Source of the DNA: Bacilli bacterium
GTDB lineage: Bacteria > Bacillota_I > Bacilli_A > RF39 > UBA660
Length of the DNA stretch: 64,000 nt
Assembly: GCA_028693035.1 (NCBI GenBank)
Contig: JAQUWE010000003.1
Location: 8,255 to 72,254 of the forward strand
Direction of reading: 5' to 3'
A program made the position numbers and the translations under genes. Under the pieces are notes generated by a model. That model did not search any database, had not been told where the DNA came from, and worked only from the letters and a program-made list of their open reading frames with translations. Of this stretch, positions 35,660 to 44,952 are shown one piece after another (positions within the stretch are counted from its first letter, which is position 1; every line of letters starts with the position of its first letter).

Positions 35660-36118
35660 ATGAAAAAGATTACTACATTATTTTTTTTATTTATCTTGTA
35701 CCTTTCATTAAATAAAACAAATATTGTAAAACCAGTCGCAAGTATTGAAGAAAATAAAGATGATTACTTTTTTTGTTATACAAATTTTGAGAACAAGAAA
35801 ATTACTACTAAAAATTTTATGACATATTTTAAAGAAATGGAAATTGTATGGATTGAACCAGCCATAAATCCTTTATATGAAAAACAGTCTTTAAAAAAAA
35901 TAAATCCTTATATGTTTACAGCAGATACCAATGAAAATAATATAGAAAGATTTCAAAAAGAATATCAAAAAACATTCTATAATATGGGATTTACAAAAGA
36001 AGCAAATCAAGTATATATAGAAGGTATCCCAATCCATAGCGCGAAAATAGTATGCAATAATGAAATATATAATACACTAAAAAAAATAACCAATGAGATT
36101 GTACAAAGAGGAAACTAA
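35660..36118 (+). CDS. secreted or membrane-anchored hypothetical protein
   Basis: N-terminal signal/anchor KKITTLFFLFILYLSL and a good SD. Confidence 0.5.
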   Translation: MKKITTLFFLFILYLSLNKTNIVKPVASIEENKDDYFFCYTNFENKKITTKNFMTYFKEMEIVWIEPAINPLYEKQSLKKINPYMFTADTNENNIERFQKEYQKTFYNMGFTKEANQVYIEGIPIHSAKIVCNNEIYNTLKKITNEIVQRGN

Positions 36119-36188
36119 TTTCTCTTTTTTCTTTATTTCAGTTGTTTTTAAAGACCTCTAATAGTATAATAAGGATAGGTGATGTGAA

Positions 36189-36608
36189 ATGTGGTATATC
36201 TGGCTCGGAATTGTTATTTTATTAGCGCTTATGGAAGTAATGACTGTCAATCTTACAACAATATGGTTTGTTATAAGTGGTTTTGCAGCCCTTCTTTTAT
36301 CTTTAGTAATCGATAATTTCTTATTACAATTCGCTGTTTTTGTAATTTTAGGAATTGTTTTATTATCCCAAACCAAAGGGGTTTTAGAGAAATGGTTACA
36401 AAGCAATCATCCAAGGACCAATTTAGATAGAATTATTGGTATGGAAGCGATTGTTACAGAAGAAATCAAGAAAAATACACCTGGAGAAGTAAAAGTAGAC
36501 GGTAAATTATGGACAGCTATCGCAAGCAAAAAAATAAAAAAAGGAAGTACTGTGCATATATTAGATATTAGTGGCGTAAAAGTACTAGTAGAGGAGGTTG
36601 ATTCTTAA
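36189..36608 (+). CDS. NfeD family membrane protein
   Basis: Two or three TM helices plus a C-terminal OB-like GEVKVDGKLWTA motif. Immediately upstream of an SPFH gene. Confidence 0.8.
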   Translation: MWYIWLGIVILLALMEVMTVNLTTIWFVISGFAALLLSLVIDNFLLQFAVFVILGIVLLSQTKGVLEKWLQSNHPRTNLDRIIGMEAIVTEEIKKNTPGEVKVDGKLWTAIASKKIKKGSTVHILDISGVKVLVEEVDS

Positions 36609-37498
36609 TGCAATTTTTAATTATATTACTTGTAATTGCTGTTTTAATTATTATTCCTAATATTAAAGTGGTATCACAAGCAGAAGCTTATGTAATTGAA
36701 AGAATAGGTTCTTATCATGCAACTTGGAAAAATGGAATTCATTTTAAAATACCTTTTTTAGAGAGAGTATCAGGAAGAGTTTCTCTAAAAGAAATTGTAA
36801 AAGATTTTGCCCCACAACCTGTTATTACAAAAGACAATGTAACCATGCAAATAGATACAGTTGTTTATTTTCAAATAACAGATCCTAAACTATATACATA
36901 TGGAGTAGACAATCCTTTAAATGCTATTGAAAATTTAACCGCAACAACTCTTCGTAATATTATCGGAGATTTAGAACTTGATCAAACGCTTACTTCAAGA
37001 GATATTATCAATTCAAAAATGCGTGCTATTTTAGATGAAGCAACAGATCCTTGGGGTGTGAAAGTGACAAGAGTAGAACTTAAAAATATCTTGCCACCAA
37101 AAGATATCCAAGAATCAATGGAAAAACAAATGCGTGCAGAAAGAGAAAGAAGAGAATTAATCCTGAAAGCAGAAGGAGAAAAAAAATCTAGTATTCTTAT
37201 TGCTGAAGGAGAAAAACAAAGTGTTATTTTGAGAGCAGAAGCTAAAAAAGAAGCACAAATTAAAATGGCTGAAGGAGAAGCAGATGCTATTTTAAAAATC
37301 AAAAATGCAGAAGCTGAAGGAATTCGTTTTATTAAAGATGCCAAAGCAGATGAATCTGTTATTGCTCTAAAAAGTTTAGAAGCTTTAAAAGAAATTGCCC
37401 ATGGAGAAGCAAATAAAATATTTATTCCAACAGAACTACAATCTATCGCAACATTAGGAACTACATTTCACGAAATGACGAAAAATGAAAAAAAGTAA
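36608..37498 (+). CDS. SPFH/band 7 (stomatin/QmcA-like) protein
   Basis: N-terminal TM helix, the block ERIGSYH...PQPVITKDNV...D.VVYFQI, and a coiled-coil tail. TAATG overlap with nfeD. Confidence 0.85.
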   Translation: MQFLIILLVIAVLIIIPNIKVVSQAEAYVIERIGSYHATWKNGIHFKIPFLERVSGRVSLKEIVKDFAPQPVITKDNVTMQIDTVVYFQITDPKLYTYGVDNPLNAIENLTATTLRNIIGDLELDQTLTSRDIINSKMRAILDEATDPWGVKVTRVELKNILPPKDIQESMEKQMRAERERRELILKAEGEKKSSILIAEGEKQSVILRAEAKKEAQIKMAEGEADAILKIKNAEAEGIRFIKDAKADESVIALKSLEALKEIAHGEANKIFIPTELQSIATLGTTFHEMTKNEKK

Positions 37499-38225
37499 AA
37501 TTATTATAAAAACAATATTTTGGCCAGTCCTCTTATGGATTGGTCAATTTGCTATCTCCTTCCTTTTGTTCTTGTTTTTTGCTTCTAAGCATCCTGCTTT
37601 AGAAGGACAAGCTCTTACCAAAGCGTTCGCACCTTTTATAGAAACACAAGCGTATTTGTTTTTACTATGGAATACTCTTATTTTTCTGCCTATTTTCTAT
37701 AGGAAGTATAAAAAATATAAAGTTGGGAATAATGGGATAGGGAAGGGAGACATTGTTTCTATCCTTCTTTTAGCCCTTCCTTTATGTGTAAGTTTAAATT
37801 TAATCCTATCTCTTTTTACGCAAAATGCAGTAAAACCTACTTTTTCAATTATTATTTTATTATCCACAGGAGTTATAGGTCCTATTTTAGAAGAACTTTC
37901 CTTTAGGGGAATCGCACTTGAAGAAAGTAAGAAATTACTTTCTAAAAAGAATGCTTATATTTTTATAACACTTTTCTTTGCTTTTTCTCATCAAGGTATT
38001 ACACAGATTTTTTATGCCCTTGTGATGGGTTCAATCTTTCTTTTTATAAAAGAAAAATACAAGAATATAAATGCTGCTATTATTTGTCATATAAGTGTCA
38101 ATACCCTCTCATACTTTTTATCATTTTTCCTTCTTTCTATATCAATTCCATATAAAATATTTGTCTCATGCCTTCTTTTCGTCCTTTTCGTCCTTATTTT
38201 ACATAAACAATTAAAAAAAACATAG
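37485..38225 (+). CDS. CPBP family intramembrane glutamic endopeptidase (CAAX protease-like)
   Basis: EELSFRG and FAFSH motifs plus a later H (ICHISVN), in a multi-TM protein. Confidence 0.75.
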   Translation: MKKSKIIIKTIFWPVLLWIGQFAISFLLFLFFASKHPALEGQALTKAFAPFIETQAYLFLLWNTLIFLPIFYRKYKKYKVGNNGIGKGDIVSILLLALPLCVSLNLILSLFTQNAVKPTFSIIILLSTGVIGPILEELSFRGIALEESKKLLSKKNAYIFITLFFAFSHQGITQIFYALVMGSIFLFIKEKYKNINAAIICHISVNTLSYFLSFFLLSISIPYKIFVSCLLFVLFVLILHKQLKKT

Positions 38226-38276
38226 ACTTTTCTATATTTTTTTTGTATAGAATGGTATAATATTAATGGTGGTAAG

Positions 38277-39005
38277 ATGAAACAAAAAATTAATAATATA
38301 GAAGTCAATTATGTAGATTATGGAAATCCAAATGGAAAACCCGTTGTCCTTTTACATGGTTGGGGTCAAAATATAGAAATGATGAAATTTATTGGAGATC
38401 GTTTTGTAAACGACTTTAGAATCATCATTTTAGATTTGCCAGGTCATGGGCAAAGTGAAAAACCAACTACAGTATGGTCTATCTATGATTTTAGCGAATG
38501 TGTACATACTTTATTAGAAACGTTAAAAATCAAAAAGCCTATTATGATTGGTCACTCTTTTGGAGGCAAAGTTACGCTAGCATACGCTAGTAAATATGAA
38601 TGTGAAAAGATTGTTTTATTAGCAAGTCCTTTTAAAAAAGAAATAAAAAAACTATCTCTTAAAACAAAAGTCTTAAAATCATTAAAGAAAGTTCCAGGTT
38701 TAAATAAATTTGAAGAATTTGCAAAAAAACATATGGGTTCCACAGACTATAGAAATGCAGATCCTCTTATGAGAAGTATTTTGGTAGCACATGTTAATTT
38801 AGATATTACAGAGGATGTCAAAAAAATAAAGTGTCCTTCCTTAATTGTTTGGGGAACAGAAGATGATGATGTTCCTTATGAAAGAGCGGAGGAACTAGAA
38901 ACATTAATTGCAGACAGTGGTGTGGTAACATTAGAAGGTGGTACACACTATGCATATTTAGAATTTTTAGAAAGGGTAATTTCTGTTTTAAGAAATTTTC
39001 TATAG
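38277..39005 (+). CDS. alpha/beta hydrolase
   Basis: HGWGQN oxyanion region, the GHSFGG nucleophile elbow and a C-terminal GGTHY. Confidence 0.75.
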   Translation: MKQKINNIEVNYVDYGNPNGKPVVLLHGWGQNIEMMKFIGDRFVNDFRIIILDLPGHGQSEKPTTVWSIYDFSECVHTLLETLKIKKPIMIGHSFGGKVTLAYASKYECEKIVLLASPFKKEIKKLSLKTKVLKSLKKVPGLNKFEEFAKKHMGSTDYRNADPLMRSILVAHVNLDITEDVKKIKCPSLIVWGTEDDDVPYERAEELETLIADSGVVTLEGGTHYAYLEFLERVISVLRNFL

Positions 39006-39014
39006 GAGGTTTAT

Positions 39015-40607
39015 ATGTTAACTTATTTTATAATAGCACTACTTATTTACGCAGTATATATCTGTATTAAAGCAAAAAAAGCTTTACACATGTTACAACA
39101 AAACTGGTATGATGATGATCATCGCTACCTAAAATGGATTGTTGGAAATAAAGAAAAAGTATTTATTTCAACAGATTCCTTCTTTATTATCTTTATAGCG
39201 TTCTTATTTATGGGAGCTGAAATACAAGCTATTTTATTTGCTGCTTTCTATTTTGTAAATATTTTATTTATCAGAAATAAACATAGAAAAGAGCAAACAA
39301 AACTATCATTAGTCGTTACAGCAAGAGTAAGAAGACTCCTTGTAACACTTGTGATTTTGTATTTGATTCCAATTGTGGGAATGTGTTTTTATCTAGATGC
39401 ACATTTACTTCCTTACTATTTTCTTACATTAGGAGCGATGGCATACTTTACACACTTTATGGTTATGCTTGCAAATATTATCAATATTCCAATTGAAAAA
39501 CAAGTTTTCTATCATTTTAGAAGACAGGCCAAAAGAAAATTAAAAAGAATGTCTAATCTAAAAGTAGTAGGAATTACAGGTAGTTATGGAAAAACAAGTA
39601 GTAAAAACATTTTAAGCGATATTTTAAATGTTAAATTAAATGCAACTCCAACACCTAAAAACTTTAATACGCCATACGGACTTATTAATTCAATCAATAA
39701 TTATTTAGATAAATTTAGTGATGTTTTTATCGCAGAAATGGGCGCTTTCAAAAGAGGCGAAATTGCTGAACTTTGTGAACTTGTAAAACCAACATACGGG
39801 ATTTTAACAAGAGTAGGAACCGCACATTTAGAAAGTTTTGGTAGTAGAGAAAACATCCAAAGAGGAAAATTTGAACTTATCGAATCTCTTCCTTGGGACG
39901 GTGTAGGGGTTCTAAACGGAGATGATGAATATCAAACTTCTTACGAACTTAAAAATGATTGCCGTATTATTTGGATTGGTATTGATAATAAAGATGTAGA
40001 CGTAAGAGCTACCAATATTACATTAACCAAAGAAGGCACTACCTTTGATTGTATTTTCAAAGGAGATAAGAAAAAATATCATTTTGAAACAAAACTTTTA
40101 GGAAAAGCAAATATCTATAATATTTTAGCTTCTATCGCACTTAGTAAGGAATTTGGTATTGCTATCGATCAAATTATCTTAGGTGTTAAAAAAGTACTTC
40201 CAGTAGAGCACCGTTTAGAACTTAAGAAAATGGGCGATGTGCATATCATAGATGATGCTTATAATTCTAATCCAGTGGGTTCTAAAATGGCACTTGATGT
40301 GCTAGACTTAATGCCAGGCAAAAAGATTGTAGTAACACCTGGTATGATAGAACTTGGCGCAGAACAATATGAGATGAATTTAAAGTTTGGAGAATATATT
40401 GCAGCTGTCGCAGATGAAGTCATCCTAGTAGGGGCAGAACAAACAAGACCGATTCAGTTAGGGCTAGAAGCCAAAGAATTTGATGCCAAAAAAGTACATA
40501 TAATTAATGATGTCAAAGAAGCATTTCCAATGATTCAAAGATTAAAAAGTAAAGAAACGTATGTCCTTATCGAAAATGATTTACCGGACATATTTAATGA
40601 AAAATAA
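39015..40607 (+). CDS. murF: MurF-type UDP-MurNAc-tripeptide--D-alanyl-D-alanine ligase with an N-terminal polytopic membrane region
   Basis: GITGSYGKTSSK P-loop at about residue 186, with NFNTPYGL, AEMGAFKRGEI, TRVGTAHLE, HRLE and DDAYNSNP. Residues 1-165 are four or five hydrophobic helices. Confidence 0.75.
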   Translation: MLTYFIIALLIYAVYICIKAKKALHMLQQNWYDDDHRYLKWIVGNKEKVFISTDSFFIIFIAFLFMGAEIQAILFAAFYFVNILFIRNKHRKEQTKLSLVVTARVRRLLVTLVILYLIPIVGMCFYLDAHLLPYYFLTLGAMAYFTHFMVMLANIINIPIEKQVFYHFRRQAKRKLKRMSNLKVVGITGSYGKTSSKNILSDILNVKLNATPTPKNFNTPYGLINSINNYLDKFSDVFIAEMGAFKRGEIAELCELVKPTYGILTRVGTAHLESFGSRENIQRGKFELIESLPWDGVGVLNGDDEYQTSYELKNDCRIIWIGIDNKDVDVRATNITLTKEGTTFDCIFKGDKKKYHFETKLLGKANIYNILASIALSKEFGIAIDQIILGVKKVLPVEHRLELKKMGDVHIIDDAYNSNPVGSKMALDVLDLMPGKKIVVTPGMIELGAEQYEMNLKFGEYIAAVADEVILVGAEQTRPIQLGLEAKEFDAKKVHIINDVKEAFPMIQRLKSKETYVLIENDLPDIFNEK

Positions 40608-40619
40608 TGAGGTGAAAAG

Positions 40620-41843
40620 ATGAAAATTAAAGTAGGTGTAATCTTCGGTGGAGAAACCGTTGAACATGAAGTAAGTATTATTTCAGCAGTACAAGCAATG
40701 GGATTTATGGATGCTGACAAATATGATATAATCCCAATTTATATTAGTAAAGACCGTATTTGGTATACAGGACCTATGCTAAAAGAAATCGATGTTTATA
40801 AAGATTTTGAAGAACTTAAAAGATATGCAAAAAAATGTGTTTTATTTAAAAAGGATAACTCATTCTATTTACAATCTACTGGTTTCTTTAAAAGGATTTT
40901 ATCAGAGATTGATATTGCATTCCCAATTGTACATGGTAACAATGTAGAAGATGGTTCTTTAGCAGGTTACTTAGATACACTTGGTATTCCTTATGTAGGA
41001 CCTAAAGTATTAGGGGCTGCTATGGGACAAGATAAAGTTATTATGAAACAAGTAATGGCTTCTGAAAATATTCCAATCACAGATTATGAATGGTTCTATG
41101 ATACAGAATATTTAACTTACAAAGATGATATTTTAAAAGCGATTAAAAAAATAGGATATCCTGTTATTGTGAAACCAGCAACACTTGGAAGTAGTGTAGG
41201 AATTAGTGTAGCAAAATCAGAAAAAGAAATAGAAGATTCTATTATGGAAGCTATGAAATATGATGTTAAAATTGTTGTAGAAAAAGTAGTAGCTAATTTA
41301 GTAGAAGTAAATTGTAGTGTTCTTGGAAACTATGCATCACAAGAAACAAGTGTTCTTGAAGAAGTTATGAGTAAAGATGAATTCTTAACCTATGCTGAAA
41401 AATACATTGGCAATGGTAAAGGAATGAAAACAAAAGGAAAAATGGCAGCTGTAGGTTCTAAAGGAATGGCTTCCGCAGACCGTATTATTCCAGCACGTAT
41501 TAGCAAAGAAATGTCTGATAAAGTAGTAGCGTATGCTAAACAAACTTTTAAAGCATTAAATCTAAGTGGAGTATGTCGTATTGACTTCCTTATTGATAAA
41601 AAAACAGGCGATGTTTTTGTAAATGAACCAAATACCATTCCAGGTTCTTTAGCGTTCTATCTATGGGAACCAGCTGGAAAAGAATATCATTCTTTATTAG
41701 ATGATATGATTACTCTTGCGATTAAAGAGTACAAAAATAAAAGTAAAAAAACATATTCATTTGATACAAACATTTTAAGTAATTTTGATGGTCTAAAAGG
41801 ATTAAAAGGTTTGAAGGGTATGAAAGGAAAGTTAAGAAAATAA
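40620..41843 (+). CDS. ddl: D-alanine--D-alanine ligase (long DdlA-type)
   Basis: KVGVIFGGETVEHEVS, HGNNVEDGSLAGYLD, GYPVIVKPATLGSSVGI and NEPNTIPGS motifs. Confidence 0.85.
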   Translation: MKIKVGVIFGGETVEHEVSIISAVQAMGFMDADKYDIIPIYISKDRIWYTGPMLKEIDVYKDFEELKRYAKKCVLFKKDNSFYLQSTGFFKRILSEIDIAFPIVHGNNVEDGSLAGYLDTLGIPYVGPKVLGAAMGQDKVIMKQVMASENIPITDYEWFYDTEYLTYKDDILKAIKKIGYPVIVKPATLGSSVGISVAKSEKEIEDSIMEAMKYDVKIVVEKVVANLVEVNCSVLGNYASQETSVLEEVMSKDEFLTYAEKYIGNGKGMKTKGKMAAVGSKGMASADRIIPARISKEMSDKVVAYAKQTFKALNLSGVCRIDFLIDKKTGDVFVNEPNTIPGSLAFYLWEPAGKEYHSLLDDMITLAIKEYKNKSKKTYSFDTNILSNFDGLKGLKGLKGMKGKLRK

Positions 41844-41872
41844 TCTTAACTTTTTTTATTCGAAAATTATAC

Positions 41873-41897
41873 ATAAAAAAAACATCCTTAGATGTTT
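41873..41897 (-). terminator. intrinsic terminator of the minus-strand oxidoreductase gene
   Basis: AAACATC-cttag-GATGTTT. On the minus strand it is followed by a T run. Confidence 0.55.
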
Positions 41898-41902
41898 CAG
41901 TA

Positions 41903-43372
41903 TCAATCTTTTTCTACGGAAATAGACATGGTACTAGGACCTTCTATAACACTGCCATCTACCGTAAAACGGGAACCATGACATGGGCAGTCCCAAGTTT
42001 TATCTTTACTGTTAAAGATAAGAGAACATCCCATATGGGGACACTTATGTAGAACGGTATGCTTTATGTTTTCTTCATCGGTATATTCCCCGTAATATAT
42101 TCCATTTTCTTTATACACTCTCACATGGTTTTTATAAAAAGAGGGATTTCTTTTTAATTTAGTTTCCGCATAGATTTTGCTTGTACCAAGTCCATTTTTA
42201 AGAAGTTCTAATGTTCTCTTTATATTGTATTTTCGATAAGGAGCAAATAACTCTATATAAGGATTTTCTCTTCCTAGGATAAGATCTGAAAGGACTTTTC
42301 CGGCTATGGTTCCATTGGTCATACCCCATTTATTAAAACCTGTTGCTAATAAAAGAAAAGGATTGTCTTCTTTTATTTTTCCTATATAGGGAAGACTGTC
42401 TTCTGTGATAATATCATGGGTAGACCACATATAGTCTGGTTTGTTTTGAAAATAATGTAGATAGTGTTCTAGCAAGGTATCATAGTTTTCTTCATAATTG
42501 GTAGAGTCACTCATCCTATGGGAATAGCCGCCATAAATAAAATGATTTTTATAATATCTCATAGAATAGGATGGCTTCTTAGATAATATTGCGCTAAAAT
42601 TTTGGATGTTTTTAGTCTTGGAAGCAAGTACATAGGATTTTTCTATATGACTCTTAAAAGGTATGAAACCAGGTTTTATAAAGAAAGGGTAATGGGTACA
42701 AACAACCACATACTGTGCTTTTATGAAACCACGATTGGTATGTACAAGGTAAAAGTCTTCCCTTTTTGTAATGGTATCTGCCATTGTTTGCTCACAAATT
42801 AGAATATCCTGTTTTTTAATAATAGTAACTAAAGATTCTAAATATTTAAGAGGATGAAAAACATATGTGTCTTCTACAGAAAATGCATATTTACAAGGGT
42901 ATGGAATAGGAAGGTTTTGGTTTTCTTTATAAGAAATAGAGGCTTTATCTAATAGTTCTGTTTCTTTTTTTAAGTTTTTAATTTCTTTTTCTTCTTCCGT
43001 AAATACATAAGAAGGTGTTTTTGTAAGATCACATTTTATTTTATATTCGTCTACAATACTTTTTACTATATCAATAGCTTCTTTTTGTGAACGCAGATAA
43101 AGGAAACTCTTTTCTTCGTTGTAGATGTTTTTGATTTTATCATAGATAAGGCCTTGTAGAAAGGTAAGTTTCCCTGTTGTTTTCGCGGTTACCCCTTGTC
43201 CTACATCCCCCTTATCAATTAGGGTTACTTTATAAGGAGAATCCTTTAGATGGAAAGCAGTACTAATGCCCGCAATGCCTCCTCCTATAATAAGAATATC
43301 AGTTTCTTTAGGTAGAAATTTATTTTTAATTCTTTTTTGTATGCTTGTTTTTTCCCAAATGGATGCATTCAT
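41903..43372 (-). CDS. FAD-dependent oxidoreductase with a C-terminal Rieske [2Fe-2S] domain (YhfW-like)
   Basis: DILIIGGGIAG dinucleotide fold and the Rieske motif CPHMGC...CPCHGSRF. Start moved to ATG 43372, after GGTGAT. Confidence 0.8.
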   Translation of the reverse strand: MNASIWEKTSIQKRIKNKFLPKETDILIIGGGIAGISTAFHLKDSPYKVTLIDKGDVGQGVTAKTTGKLTFLQGLIYDKIKNIYNEEKSFLYLRSQKEAIDIVKSIVDEYKIKCDLTKTPSYVFTEEEKEIKNLKKETELLDKASISYKENQNLPIPYPCKYAFSVEDTYVFHPLKYLESLVTIIKKQDILICEQTMADTITKREDFYLVHTNRGFIKAQYVVVCTHYPFFIKPGFIPFKSHIEKSYVLASKTKNIQNFSAILSKKPSYSMRYYKNHFIYGGYSHRMSDSTNYEENYDTLLEHYLHYFQNKPDYMWSTHDIITEDSLPYIGKIKEDNPFLLLATGFNKWGMTNGTIAGKVLSDLILGRENPYIELFAPYRKYNIKRTLELLKNGLGTSKIYAETKLKRNPSFYKNHVRVYKENGIYYGEYTDEENIKHTVLHKCPHMGCSLIFNSKDKTWDCPCHGSRFTVDGSVIEGPSTMSISVEKD

Positions 43373-43451
43373 ATTTATCACCATTGTATTTTGAATAAAA
43401 AAAGATGATTTTATACAAAAAATGATATAATAAAAATGGAAGTGATTGTAT

Positions 43452-44249
43452 ATGAAAAAAAATGATCTTAAATTGTTAGAAACAGCAATTGGTAAAAATA
43501 ACGAAAAATTAATACACAAGAAATATAGTATACCGGCTTTTCTTTTTGGACCTCTTTATTTTGCCTATAGAAAGTGCTACTTCATTTCTTTTATATTTTT
43601 TATAATAGGTTTACTTACAGGTGTTTTATTTACTAAAGTATTAAATCTCTCTTTTTTAATACCACTGTTCCTTTTGCACCTCTCTTATCTTTACCTTTTT
43701 CCTATTTTATACAAACGAAATATTTCTAAAAAAATAGAAAAATATAAAAAGGATCTTTCTATATTAAAAGAAAGAGGAGGCGTTTCTGTAGTAGGCGTTA
43801 TCTTTAGTACTATTCTTTATTCACTAATTACAGTTTGTGTAGTGGTAAGCGTGGCAGTATTATGGAAAAGGCAAGTGCATACAAATAAACTCTTTTTTGA
43901 TACAAAGGGTTTTGCAGTAGCAGATGCTAGTGGAACTGTTTTTATCAAACAAGAAAAAGATAAAACTTGTATGATGCAGATAGGGCCTTTAAATGAAACA
44001 GGAATGCATTTGATGCAGTACTATTATGGATTTAAAGAAGACTTTTCTAATATGGAAAAAGAAACCATCAATAAGAAAACATGGTATGTAAATAACCAGA
44101 CCTCTCAGGAAGAAAATTTTACAACCATTTACTTATACAAAGAAGAAAAGAAAACTTACATCGCTAAATTCTATGGTAAAGAAGAAAAAGACTATGCATT
44201 GTGTCAGCAAGATTTTAATGAAGTCAAAGAGAGTTTAAAATTCAAATAA
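43452..44249 (+). CDS. membrane protein (DUF2628-like N-terminus)
   Basis: IPAFLFGPLYFAYRKCY motif followed by TM helices. Confidence 0.45.
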   Translation: MKKNDLKLLETAIGKNNEKLIHKKYSIPAFLFGPLYFAYRKCYFISFIFFIIGLLTGVLFTKVLNLSFLIPLFLLHLSYLYLFPILYKRNISKKIEKYKKDLSILKERGGVSVVGVIFSTILYSLITVCVVVSVAVLWKRQVHTNKLFFDTKGFAVADASGTVFIKQEKDKTCMMQIGPLNETGMHLMQYYYGFKEDFSNMEKETINKKTWYVNNQTSQEENFTTIYLYKEEKKTYIAKFYGKEEKDYALCQQDFNEVKESLKFK

Positions 44250-44286
44250 AAAAAGGTTTGTATAGAAAAGCTATATAAACCTTTTA
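44250..44286. terminator. bidirectional terminator between convergent genes
   Basis: 12-bp stem AGGTTTGTATAG / CTATATAAACCT flanked by an A run and a T run. Confidence 0.65.
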
Positions 44287-44952
44287 ATTTTTTATAGTAA
44301 TATGTAAATCTTCTTCTAATTTTTGTAACTCGTCTTTAGAAAAAGCTTTAAAGTCTTTTTTTATGATTTGATTCTCATTAAACTGATAAGGTTGCAAAAG
44401 AAGTTTATTTGGGTATTTCAAATAGGTTAGTACTTCTTTTATATTTTTGCTTGTATGCATGGTTTTATTGATAGTCATTCTAAATTCATAGTAAATATTA
44501 CTGTTTTCTAGAAGCCCAATACTTTTTTTAATAGCGTTTGTATTTATTTTAGTACCTACTGTTTCTTCATATTTATCAAAAGTATTTTTTATATCCATAG
44601 CGATATAATCCACTAAATCTTTTTCTATAATTTCTTTTATAAGAGCAGGATTGGTACCATTTGTATCTAGTTTAATAGAGAAGGGGAATTGGCGGAGTTC
44701 TTCCAATAAAGCAATTAAATCATCTCCATAGAGAGTGGGTTCACCACCAGTTACAACAACTCCATTTAAAAAGTGAATTCTACTTTTCAGTAAAGTTTTT
44801 ACATATTCTAAAGTATAAGTATTACTTTTTTTAGAAACAATACTATCATTATGACAATAAGGACATCTTAAATTACAGCCTCCTAAGAATAAAACCAAAG
44901 CTGGTTTACCAGGATAGTCTACCAGCGATAGTTTTTGAATGCCATAAATCAT
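44284..44952 (-). CDS. nrdG: anaerobic ribonucleoside-triphosphate reductase activating protein (radical SAM)
   Basis: CNLRCPYCHN radical-SAM cluster motif. Overlaps the nrdD stop by 4 nt. Confidence 0.85.
   Translation of the reverse strand: MIYGIQKLSLVDYPGKPALVLFLGGCNLRCPYCHNDSIVSKKSNTYTLEYVKTLLKSRIHFLNGVVVTGGEPTLYGDDLIALLEELRQFPFSIKLDTNGTNPALIKEIIEKDLVDYIAMDIKNTFDKYEETVGTKINTNAIKKSIGLLENSNIYYEFRMTINKTMHTSKNIKEVLTYLKYPNKLLLQPYQFNENQIIKKDFKAFSKDELQKLEEDLHITIKN

Noticed and set aside
43373-43519. 49-aa N-terminal extension of the FAD/Rieske oxidoreductase in the ORF track
   Set aside because: The extension is F/I/N-rich junk that overlaps the divergent promoter region. ATG 43372 is preceded by GGTGAT, and the FAD dinucleotide motif follows at the normal distance from it.
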